Shown here: positions 48,172-58,871 of the stretch, in pieces | Numbering within the stretch: position 1 is the stretch's first letter | Layout of the letters: each line of letters begins with the position of its first letter | From: Fonticula alba ATCC 38817 | Lineage: Eukaryota; Protista; Nucleariida | Strand: one strand, 5' to 3' | Assembly (NCBI GenBank): GCA_000388065.2 | Contig: KB932205.1 | DNA: 58,871 nt | The notes under the pieces: model-generated | Seen by the model: only the letters and a program-made list of their open reading frames with translations | What the model was told of the DNA's origin: nothing | Database searches by the model: none | Position numbers and translations under genes: made by a program

Positions 48172-51100
48172 GCTGTGAGTGTGTGTGTGTGTGTGAGGGA
48201 TCTAAAGCAGCCAGGGGCGGGGCGGCAGGGGAGGGGCAGGGCGGCGGGGGAGGGGGGGAGATCGGGAGGCGGGAATGCCCGACGCCTTGGACCGGGGCTG
48301 CCAACTGTGCGCTGGCGGAAAAAGCGTCCGTTGCGATGGGCGCGCGGACGCACGAGACCATTGGCATGTGCCTTCGCACAGAGGTGCCCACCCGCGGCCG
48401 TGCGTGGCTCGCGTGCCGCCTCTGCCGGCTCCCCTGCCCGGGGGTCGGCGAGCGGCGAGGGCCGTATGTGCCGCCGAGACACACACGGCAGGCCAAGGCC
48501 ACGGGGCGCGCGTCTTGGTTGCGCGGTGACCGGCGAAGGGGGGGGGGGGGGGGGGGGGCCTGTGACAGGGCTCGGCCTGCTGGCGCGCGAAGCACGCTCG
48601 GGGCCGACCACGCCGGGCTTCCCTGGGTGGCCTCTTTTGACCTACCTCTCAAGGCATCCGCGGTGCGATATCCCTCCCCCGGGGGGGGCGGCGGCCTACG
48701 GCGGGCACATTAATTTCCCCTGCGGTAGTTCTGATGCCTGGAGAACCGACGGCCCATTCCAGTGGGGGAAAGGCCTGCCTCCGCTGCGCGCAGGAGCACC
48801 GTCCCGCGCGCGCGCGCGCGTGCGTGCCAGCTTCCCCGAACCCTAAAGCCCTCTGCCCCCCTCGCCCCCATTCGGCTGGGGCGAGTAGGTCACACGAGCC
48901 GCCAAGCAAGAGCGTCTGAGAGAGAAAGAGAGAGAGGGAGAGAGAGAGAGAGATGAAGAGAGATTCATTGGGGACGGCCTCTCGAGGCGGGAAGGACGAA
49001 TCCCGCGACCCTCGTCGTGCCTCTGGATCTCTCTCACGTACACGAGGAGACCTGTGCCAAGACGGCAGGGGAGTTGGCTGTGGGGCGGGAAGTCCCAGTG
49101 GCTAAAGAATAAGGCAGGTAGAGCTCCAGTGTGTCGGAACATCGTCAGGGAGAGAGAGAGAGAGAGGGAGAGAGGGAGAGAGCGAGAGAACGAGAGCTGG
49201 GCCGGCCCTGGGTTTATGTGGCCGCTCTGAATACGAGTCCCCAGCAGGGCGGGGGTGGGGGCCTGGTTAATGATAGTCTCAGGCGCTTGGCGAGACAGCG
49301 CGGGTCGCGCCTGCTTGTGCAGGCAACCGGCGCCGCCGGCGGGGGGGGGGCTGGCAGCAACAGCCGGGCGGCATGGCGGGGCCATCATGTTCCCTCGATA
49401 ACTTGGAAGGTCGATGCCGGACTGGCCACCACACACAAGCATGAGCCGGTGTGTCCGGCCGCGGGGCCTTCTTCGGGCGAAGCCCATGGTGGGGGGGGGG
49501 GGGCGCTGTTAGCTTTCCGGGGCCGGAAGCCCCTACGAACCAACGGCGCTGGCGGGAGGAGCGTGAATTTGGCCTCCGCGAGGGGCCGGGAGGTGGCAGG
49601 ACGCGGCGCACGCGGCNNNNNNNNNNGGGGGCGGGGGGCGCTTATGTTACTGACTACCGTAGCCACCCGCCTGGGCTTGTCTCCTGCCTCTCTACATCGA
49701 CTGGGCGAAAAGGGACATTCACGAAGGCCGGGCCCGAGGGGGCGGGGGAATGGATTAATTCAATATAGCCTGCGCCGTGGGCGCGGCGACGCGCACCAGC
49801 TCGGGGGCAGGCACCGGCCTCGGCTCCACTTCGCCTCGCCCTGACGGAGGGGCCCGCACCGCGGGCCATGCGTCGATGCGGTGTCAGGTAGCCCCGACGA
49901 GTGTCGGCCTCGAGACGAAGTAGGGGCCCCCGCCCCCGGGCGGGAGGAGGCCAGCATGACAGAAAGCCAGTCGGGCCCGGGGATGCATCGGAGGGCGGGC
50001 GGAGAGCAGCCGCGGACAGCTGGCGGACGGGCCCTGCAGCCGGGCGGCGGTGTGTTCCAGTGGGTGGGTGCCGCCCCTCGGGGTGGGGGGGCCCGGGGGC
50101 CGGGGTGACAGACGGGCATTGATGGCGGTGGGAACGCCAGCGGGCGGTGCTGCGGCCCGGCCGGTCCGGTCCTGGCGCCCGAGCGCCCAGGGTCAGATGC
50201 GGGCCGTTCTGGGGGCACGCCGGGACCGCGCCGGCCGGCCGGGCGGGAGGGAGGGGGGGAACATTGGGAGGCACTGTCGGAACGCGAGCATCCAGCCACC
50301 CCCGACTGGCCCCCACCGGCGCGGGGGGCTTGCCTTTTTTTTTTTTGGGGGGAGGGGGGCAAGAGCAACAACAGGACACCCGAAGCTTTCGCGGTGGTGG
50401 CCACACGACGGCCGCCACGCGCCGCGGGGGGCGCGGCCCCCGGGGCCTAGGGGAGAGCCGGGCGGCGAGGGTGTGGGGCCGGGGACCGGGCGAGGGGAGG
50501 GGCTGGGCGCCGGCGCGGGCGCTTCTCTAGGCGGAGGGCGCTTGGTGAACGCGGGCGCGCTCGCTATCAGGCGTGCCCCTAGCCCTGGGGCGCCGTCCGG
50601 CGAGCGAGCGCGTCCATAACCGCCCCGAAACTCGGGCCGGGCGCGAGCCGCAACTAGGAGAGCGCGACGGTGCGGGTGGGGCGGGGCGGGGCGAGGGAAT
50701 GCGGACATCTGAAGCAGGGCCCCCTTGGCGGCCGAACGGGTGGATCGTTGAACTCACCCAGCAGTAGTGCAGTCGCTTCTCGCCTCCTCCCCCTGCCTGC
50801 CCTCTCCCGCCCAGTGGTCCATCCCTCCCGCCCGCCGCTTTGTTTGCCTCGCCTCCCCCCCCCCGGCTTCGGCCCCTTCTCCTCCGCTGCTTCTCTTGCG
50901 TTGCATCGTCTGCCATGTCTCTCGGCCCTGTGCTGTCCCTCCCGCCCCCTGGCAAAGCACCGCCCACCGGGAGCCCTCACCTCACTCCCCCTCTCCCCCC
51001 CCCCCCAGCGAATACCTGCTTTNNNNNNNNNNNNNNNNNNNNNNNNNNNNNNNNNNNNNNNNNNNNNNNNNNNNNNNNNNNNNNNNNNNNNNNNNNNNNN

Positions 51101-51289
51101 NNNNNNNNNNNNNNNNNNNNNNNNNNNNNNNNNNNNNNNNNNNNNNNNNNNNNNNNNNNNNNNCCCCCCCCCCCCCCTGGCCACTGTCGCTGCTCCGGTG
51201 TCCCGGGCATGCCGCTCGCGCATTCCCTCTCCCATCCCCCGCAGGCCGTCGCCGCTCCCCTCACCTCCCTCTCTCTCTCTCTCGACACC

Positions 51290-52970
51290 ATGGTCCTTAT
51301 CCGCGAGTTGTACGCGTCCCTCCGGATGCTTGGCACAGACCAGCGCGCCTTGCACCCTCTTCTACGCATGTGACACACCGCCCGGCGGAGGCCGCCCACA
51401 CCCCCTCCTCACCCCTCCGGTTCTATGCCTCCCCTCCCTGCCCGCTCCCCTGCCCTTGCCGCGCGCCTCCTCGCCCAGCCGCGTCCCCCTTCCCATCACG
51501 GTTGAGGAGGTTCGTGCATCAGCATACGCGCACAGTGCTGCCTGCTCCTTGCCCTTCTCTCTTTCTGCCTCGCTTTCCCTGCCCGGCCCTCTCGCTTCCG
51601 ACTCACCGCCCATGCGCCGCCTGTCGTCGGGCAATCGCCCCCCCCCCCACCCCCCCACCCCGCGCTCCGCGCCTCCCCCCTGCCACAGTACCAGGTTGCT
51701 CAGCTCTTCTCTGTCATCGAGGTCTCGCGCGAGGCCACTGATGGTGACTCCGGTGTGGAGATCCTCAAGAACGAGCCCTTCGACGATGGCGTCAACAAGG
51801 GCCAGTACACCCACAAGATCTACCACCTCGGTAGCAAGGTCCCCAAGTTCATCGCCATGATCGCCCCCGCGAGCGCCCTCATGCTCGAGGAGGAGGCCTG
51901 GAACTGCTACCCCTACTGCCGCACCGTGCTCACTAGCCCCTTCCTGGGCGAGCGCTTCAAGCTCGTCATCACCACTCAGCACCTGCCCGACCAGGGCACC
52001 ACCGAGAATGTGCGTGTACCTGCCCTCCCGCTCCCCTCCCCTCCCTCCCCTCGCTCTGCCATGGGCGCCGGGGGGGGGGGGGGGGGGGCCTGCCCGGGCG
52101 GAGATTCGCCGACTGACCCCTCCGCGCGGCTGCTGGCCACCACCATCACATGCGCACGCATGCAGGCCCTCTCGTTGGAGGACTCCATGCTCAAGGAGCG
52201 CAAGGTTGTCCCGATTGACATCACCGTCGACCCGGAGGTGCGTGCACTACATGCATCCTTGCCATGCTGCGAAGGTTTGCCGCGCCTCCTACGTTCTCCC
52301 TGCCCCGCCCTGACAGCCTCCCTCTCTCCGCCCATGTCGCGCACGCACACACGTGTGCACACAGGAGAACTACGATGAGAAGTCCGATCCCAAGAAGTTT
52401 GTCTCCAAGAGCGGCCGCGGCCCGTGGTCCGGCAGCGACTGGATCGCCAAGTCCGCCACCATGACCTGCTACAAGCTGGTCGAGATTAAGTTCGCCGTCT
52501 TCGGCCTGCAGACCCGCGCCGAGAACTTCATTGCCTCCGTACGCCGCCCGCGCTTGGCCTCCCCCTGTCGGGGGCCATTTCGCCCTTCTCCTCCTTTCCT
52601 CTTCGCCCCTCCCTTTGCCGTGGTTGTGCTGTGTGCGCGCTGTGGTGGCGCCTGCTGCTGCTCCCCCACACCTCGAACGGTGGATGTGGCATTCGAGCAA
52701 ATGAACCCTGATTCTGACATCCGGTGGCGCCCCATATGTGTGTCCCCCTCCCCCCCCCCCTTTCTCCTTCTTTTTTTTTTGGCCTCCGGCTCCCTTGTGC
52801 ACGCGTGCCCCCAGGCCCAGGAGAACCTGTTCCGCGACTTCCACCGCAAGCTCGTCTGCCAGATGGACAACTGGCAGGGCCTCACCATGGAGGACATCCG
52901 TGAGCTTGAGGCTCAGGTCAAGATCGAGCTCGACCAGAAGAAGGCCGAGATGCAGCAGGCTAAGGATTAG
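51290..52970 (+). CDS. PITPN: Class I phosphatidylinositol transfer protein (PITP alpha/beta-like, START fold), 257 aa
   Basis: Exons 51290-51309, 51479-51509, 51689-52009, 52166-52237, 52365-52538 and 52815-52970. Motifs: MVLIREFRVPLPITVEEYQVAQLFSV, GVEILKNEPF, GQYTHKIYHLGSKVP, EEAWNCYPYCRT, DPKKFVSK.SGRGP, MTCYKLV, FHRKLVCQMDNWQGLTMEDIRELE. Confidence 0.95.
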
Positions 52971-54136
52971 ACTTTATCTGTGCGTATGCCGCCCTCCGCA
53001 TGTGCCATGTGCTGTCACATCATGCCCCGCTTGTCTGGCCCTCCCCTCCGGCTGGATTTCGATTGTTGCTGCGTGCCGCCGACTGACCGTTGCCCCTGCC
53101 TGTCGTTTGTCGCTCTCGGGGGGCCGATACTCTCCCCCCCTCGGCGGTCGGCCGGCTGGCTCTGCTTCTTCTTTCTTTTTTTTTTTTCTTCCTCCCCCTT
53201 CTTCTCTACACTCTCACCCCTGCTCCTTAGCCCGCATCCATGTCGTGTGTAAATACATGGGCATTGTGCCTTGCCAATGACCCACAAATAGTAGACCCTT
53301 GTGTGTATGTCCATGTTTGCGCTCACCAGCGCGCGCGCGCGCTCGTGTCTGTGGGGATGTGACTGCGGGGGCCGATGGGGGGTGACGGCGCGGCACAAGG
53401 GGGGGAGCACCCAGAGAGGGGGAGAAGGTTGTCAATTCCTCGGTGCTTGTGTGGGGCAAGAAAGAAAAACGCCACTGCTTTCGCCCGGGGGGGTCGCCTG
53501 GGAGCAGCTGGCCTCCGAAAGGCGGGGGCCAGCACACAGGGACACACCTGAAACTTCGGGCCTCGCGGGGTCCATGTAAACGCGGCTGATTGGGGGGGGG
53601 GGGGGGGGGGCGACCTACGCCCCCTTCCCCCACCCTGCCGCCTCCTTCCTCGCCGGGTAGTTAAGTCCCCACATTGTCACGCATCCTGTCCTCCGGTGAG
53701 CGTGCACATTTGCCCCTCCCTGCTGGATTGCCGCCCCCCTGGGTGCGTGCTGAAGGATCAGGCGCATTCGATGGCCGGCATCGAGCCATTTCTCCGCCGC
53801 GCGGCCCCTCTGTGTGGACGCACGCGGCTTCTTCCTCCTCTTTTCGCTTGGACGGGGAGGAGGGCATTTTGATTTGTATATTTATAAAAAACATGTGGGT
53901 TTTCTGAGTGTTTAATGAGAGGGAGAGAGAGAGAGGAGGGAAGAGGGAGGGGNNNNNNNNNNNNNNNNNNNNNNNNNNNNNNGGTGATTGTGCACACATG
54001 CGGCTGTGCGTGAGGGGGAGAGAAAGAGGAGGGAGAGGGGTGTAGAAAAACAAGTGCACGTGCAAACGCGGCGCTCAATGGGAAACGGGAGTATAAAAAT
54101 GGAGGGTGGGGAGGCTACTCGGGAAGTGGGAGGGGG

Positions 54137-54168
<32 letters not shown>

Positions 54169-55008
54169 AGAAGAGATGCACGCGTCTCGCATCGCCGTAT
54201 GCAGAACGCGAGCGGCAGGATGGAGAATCAAGCCAAAGGGAGAGGGAAGGAACAACTGAAGCATGTGAAGGCACGCGCGCACGCACGCGCGCGCAGGGGG
54301 AACACAGAGAGGGAGGGATGTACACGATGCGCTTGAAAAGCCACATGTGGGAGGAGAAGGGGAACCATCACCCGGCTGCAGGGCGCCAACAAAGGGGGAG
54401 AGAGAGAGGGAGAGAGAGAGAAGCAGCCGCATGTCGGGGCGCGCACAGACGGAACACCGTCATCACAGAGACACACACATACACATGCATACACGCATGC
54501 GTAGGCAGGTGTGCACGGGCGCGAGCGCAGGCGCGCCATTCCCTCCAGAGGGAAGACGGATCGTCCAATCGCAGGTCTAGGGGCAGATTGCGCAAGGGGA
54601 AGAAGAAGGGAAGGGGGAGGAGGGAGCGTGACGGCTGACCGCCAACAAAGGCCAACAGCCGGCACACCTGGCGGCGAGGGCGGCAAAAAGGAAGGGAAGG
54701 GGAGGAGGGGCAGGATGTCAGTCGGAAGGCCGGAGCGCTTTGTGGGCAGGGAGAGATGCGCCCCGCTGACCGATGGCTTGCCGACAGGCCACCAGGGCCC
54801 GAGGGCCTTCTCAAACCCAAGGGAACTAGCTAACAAGCGTACCTGAGGCTCATCAGGGGGGGGGGGAGGCAAGGGAGGAGAGAAGATGGCAGGATTGGTG
54901 GAGGGACCGGGAGAAAAGAGGAGGATGAAGCAGCACACAATGCACAGCACGCGGCGCACATGCAAGGCACCACCGCATGCGCAGCACTGGGGATATAAGG
55001 AGGCATTC

Positions 55009-55049
<41 letters not shown>

Positions 55050-55729
55050 GGTGTGTGTCAATATATATGCACGTGTGTGAAAAAGAGGAGGGGGGTGCTT
55101 GGATGCACATGGCCCGCTCTCCTGGATCGGCACAAGCACTTGTGCCCATAGTACATGACGGGTGCACGTACGCATGCGGAAATCCCTTGGCGGATTTCTC
55201 CCAGAGGCCCTCTCTTGCTCAATCCTGTGCGCACGCTTTCACATACACACACGGCGCAGGGAGGGATAGAGAAGGAAGCGAAGACGAACGAGGAGAAGAG
55301 AGAAGTGGGTGCGTGCACACGGAGGCCGAGGAGGAGAAGAGGCGCACAGGGGCACAGGGAAAGGGCAATGTCCAAGGATACACCCAGGCGCGGTGTGTCG
55401 GCCCAGCCCGTCCCCGCCGCTGGCACACCATCGCCTTCTCCTTCATTTGCTCACGTCACGGCCCCTACGGCCGGCCGGCCTGCCTGGACACTGTCGCTCC
55501 TGCTGCTTGTCTCGTCCCCCCACACCCCCGGCCTACGCCCTCACTCCTCTGGGGTCCTGCCCTCTCCAAAAGAATAAACCCTTCACACGTGGAACACACG
55601 AGAGAGAGAGAGAGAGGGAGGGAGAGGGGGGGAGGGGGAGGGAGGGCGAAAGAGAAAGAGCGCTGGGGGGAAGGCCAGGGAGAGGAGAGGTCACCTTGCA
55701 TGATGCCACACAACACGCCGAGGCGTGCC

Positions 55730-56935
55730 TTATTGGTCGGCCGTCCCGACGGGCATGTTGGTGGGGAAGATGGCACGGATCTCATTTTGAGAGAGGCCGG
55801 CATCGGTGAGGCGCTTGATGGTCTGAGGCACGGCGTGGGCCGGGATAAGGCGCATGGCCAGGGCCGGGCCGGCGAACTGAAGCTCCGTGGGAGTAAAGTC
55901 AAAGAGCTCCGGCAGGGCGCGAGTAGTCCGAGAGGGGGAGCCCCCGGTGCCGGCATCCGGGGAACCCTGGCCGCCGGCGGCCGCTGAGGAGGATGAAATG
56001 ACGTCGTTCGGAAGGCGGGTGCCAAACTCGCGGAGCTCCGCAAAGAAGGGATGGCTCATGGCCTGCATGGCAGACAGACGGCGAGAGGGAACATACTCGA
56101 GGAGCTTCTCCAGCAGGTCGACCGCCAGCTCGACATTGACCATGGCCGAGGGGGTGGCCGACGCCTCGCCGGGGCTGGTGCCGGTCAGGTGCGAGGCCGT
56201 GTGGAACAGGCGCTGCAGGGGCACCACCCGGACCGGGGTCAGCCGGGCCGGCAGCGAGCCGGAGGGGTTCATGGCGTGGAGCTGCTCGCGCGTGGGGGTG
56301 CCCAGCACGCGCATGACCTTGACCAGCTGGTCGATGCCGGACTCGCCGGGGAAGAGGGCCTCCCCGCGCATGAGCTCGGCCATGACACAACCGGCCGACC
56401 AGATGTCAATGGCCACGGTGTAGTGGGTGGCACCGAGGATGAGCTCCGGCGCGCGGTAGTACCGCGAGCAGATGTACGCCACATTGGGCTCGCTCTGGAC
56501 CAGGGCCTTGGCGCTGCCGAAGTCGCAGAGCTTCAGGATGCCGGTGTGCGGGTCGAGCAGGAGGTTCTGCGGCTTGATGTCGCGATGGCAAATGCCCATC
56601 TGGTGGATGTAGGCCAGCGAGCGAAGGAGCTGGTACATATAGAGCTGTGGGGGGGGCGGGGGGGGGGGGGCGGGCGAGGGAGGAGTCCGAAGGTGAGCGA
56701 GAAGGGTCGCGCGGGTGGAAGCCGGTGGGGAGAAAGAAGGAGAGGGGAGGGGGGGGAGGCGCAGGCGGAAAGCACAAACCTTAACATAGATCATGGGGAC
56801 AATCTGCTTGAACCGCGCGTAGTGGCGGATAGCGCGGTAGACAGTCTCGGGGATGTACTCAAGCACCAGGTTGAGGAAGATCTCGTCGAGCTGGGCACAC
56901 AGCCGCGGGGTGGCGAGGGTGTTGGGAGGGGGGGG

Positions 56936-56974
<39 letters not shown>

Positions 56975-57663
56975 AGACGACGAGGGAGATGTGAGCCAGG
57001 GAATCCGGGGAAAGGGGAAGCGAAAGAGAGGGTATTGCGAGAGGGAGACGGAGAGACGGATGCACCTTCTCGCCCTTGGTGTAGAAGAAGCACAAGAGCT
57101 TGACAATGTTCGGGTGGCTGACCATGCGCATGATGTCAAGCTCGCGGTTCTATGAGTGCGCGCACGGTGCAGGCGGGTATGTCAGTGAGGGGGAGAGCGG
57201 AGAGGCGAGGGAGGGGGAGGATGGGCCATGCATGGACCGCCGGAGGGGCACACAACGCAGATAGGACAGCGACTGTGATCAGCCACGACGGTACCTTGAA
57301 ACGGCGGTCCTGAAGGACCTTCTTGATGGCCACCAGGTGGCCACCCTCCACCAGGCGGGCCTGGTAGACCACGCCGAACGAGCCCTGGCCGATGGCCTTG
57401 GTCGGGGTGTAGCACAGCTCGAAGGTCTTGTCGGACTGGGCTTCGTTGGCGATCATGGTGATAATCCGGTTTCCACCGGCTACAGTGAGAGACACCGGGC
57501 GGCGACGATGGAGAGAGGGGGGGAGGGTTAGGGAAAAGGGAAGAGCAAAAAGGGAGCAGCAGGGGTGGGCGGGGAAGGGGTGGGGGTGGGGGAGGCGAAT
57601 GGGGCAAGGAAAAGAGCTGACAGGTAGGGGAGAGGGCGCACAGGAGGAGGAGGTGGTGGTCAT
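55730..57663 (-). CDS. GSK3: Glycogen synthase kinase 3 family Ser/Thr kinase (divergent), 438 aa
   Basis: Exons 57663-57642, 57479-57295, 57149-57066, 56890-56780 and 56644-55730. Motifs: [96 protein letters not shown]. Confidence 0.95.
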
Positions 57664-57749
57664 GTCTGCGAGGGGGCTTCAGGCGAAGAGAGCAACACTG
57701 ATCCCGCTCGAGAGGGTTGGGTGACACACAGAATGCAGGGGGGGGGGGG

Positions 57750-58404
57750 NNNNNNNNNNNNNNNNNNNNNNNNNNNNNNNNNNNNNNNNNNNNNNNNNNN
57801 NNNNNNNNNNNNNNNNNNNNNNNNNNNNNNNNNNNNNNNNNNNNNNNNNNNNNNNNNNNNNNNNNNNNNNNNNNNNNNNNNNNNNNNNNNNNNNNNNNNN
57901 NNNNNNNNNNNNNNNNNNNNNNNNNNNNNNNNNNNNNNNNNNNNNNNNNNNNNNNNNNNNNNNNNNNNNNNNNNNNNNNNNNNNNNNNNNNNNNNNNNNN
58001 NNNNNNNNNNNNNNNNNNNNNNNNNNNNNNNNNNNNNNNNNNNNNNNNNNNNNNNNNNNNNNNNNNNNNNNNNNNNNNNNNNNNNNNNNNNNNNNNNNNN
58101 NNNNNNNNNNNNNNNNNNNNNNNNNNNNNNNNNNNNNNNNNNNNNNNNNNNNNNNNNNNNNNNNNNNNNNNNNNNNNNNNNNNNNNNNNNNNNNNNNNNN
58201 NNNNNNNNNNNNNNNNNNNNNNNNNNNNNNNNNNNNNNNNNNNNNNNNNNNNNNNNNNNNNNNNNNNNNNNNNNNNNNNNNNNNNNNNNNNNNNNNNNNN
58301 NNNNNNNNNNNNNNNNNNNNNNNNNNNNNNNNNNNNNNNNNNNNNNNNNNNNNNNNNNNNNNNNNNNNNNNNNNNNNNNNNNNNNNNNNNNNNNNNNNNN
58401 NNNN
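57750..58404. other. Assembly gap, the largest of nine N runs in the window
   Basis: N run. Others are at about 3821-3883, 4659-4940, 32988-33044, 37647-37866, 38529-38658, 49617-49625, 51023-51163 and 53953-53982. Most abut C/G homopolymers. Confidence 0.99.
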
Positions 58405-58871
58405 GCAAAGGGCGGAAAGCTAGAGGAGGAGGGGGGGGTGGAGGATCAAAAGCGGGGAGCTGTCATTGCCAGGAGTGACACGATGGGGGGGCGGGGGGGA
58501 GGAAAGGGGAGAGGAGTTAATTGTCATGTCGGCCGGCGAAAAGGACAGCAGAAGAGGAGCGCAGGGGCGCCGGGGGGGAGCGAAGCGAGAGAACATGGGA
58601 GGGACGAACCAGGGGTGTGCGCGCCAGGAGGGCCTCGCGGTCGTCGGCGTGCAACATGGACAAGGTGACAGATCGCGTGAAGGAGACGCGCGCTGCCGCA
58701 AATGCCCAGGGCGGTGACAGTGACACCATCCAGTCCGGCAGTCTCCCTCCCGGCACAGGGCAGCCGGAGCCGGAAGGGGGCGGGGGCGGGGGCAAGGGAA
58801 GGAGAGTATCGCAGGCGGGGCAAGCTTCACGAGGAAGCACTCGGCATCATCATCACGCCCAATGGAGGGGG

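Noticed and set aside
48839-48847. Second telomere-like word, AACCCTAAA, on the + strand
   Set aside because: Only 8 nt match and there is no supporting structure nearby. It shows that such words occur by chance, which also tempers the 13.7-kb candidate.
53600-55700. Scattered donor/acceptor-like sites on the minus strand downstream of GSK3 (e.g. CTCAG|GTACGC near 54843)
   Set aside because: No coherent reading frame could be assembled. They could be UTR introns or noise, which is not enough to call a gene.

Overview
GC-rich (about 65-70%), intron-dense eukaryotic draft scaffold with N gaps. It has short introns with GTGCGT/GTACGY donors, (CA)n/(CT)n microsatellites and poly-C/G runs. The composition and gene content resemble the cellular slime mould Fonticula alba (Holomycota); this is an inference and was not checked against a database. 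I hand-spliced 14 protein-coding genes, and each model keeps frame across GT-AG introns: an RGS + AIFM2/FSP1-like oxidoreductase fusion (+), a 60-aa ATP synthase subunit j/ATP18-like micro-protein absent from the ORF track (-), IRP1-type cytosolic aconitase (+), MOB4/phocein (-), FHIT (-), TXNDC17 (+), a PRR11-like protein (-), UXS1 with long extensions (-), an unknown ~718-aa protein (+), a DENND1-like Rab GEF (+), an NTF2/G3BP-like protein with no RRM (-), EFM7/NNT1 methyltransferase (+), a class I PITP (+) and a divergent GSK3 (-). There is also a small unspliced coiled-coil ORF (-). Most long ORFs in the track are GC-rich or antisense artefacts. I recognised no tRNA, rRNA, CRISPR array or transposon. 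The strongest novel candidate is the RGS-flavoprotein reductase fusion, with both domains in one exon. A weaker, speculative candidate is a structured ~1-kb intergenic segment carrying a 5'-UAACCCUAA-3' telomerase-template-like 9-mer.
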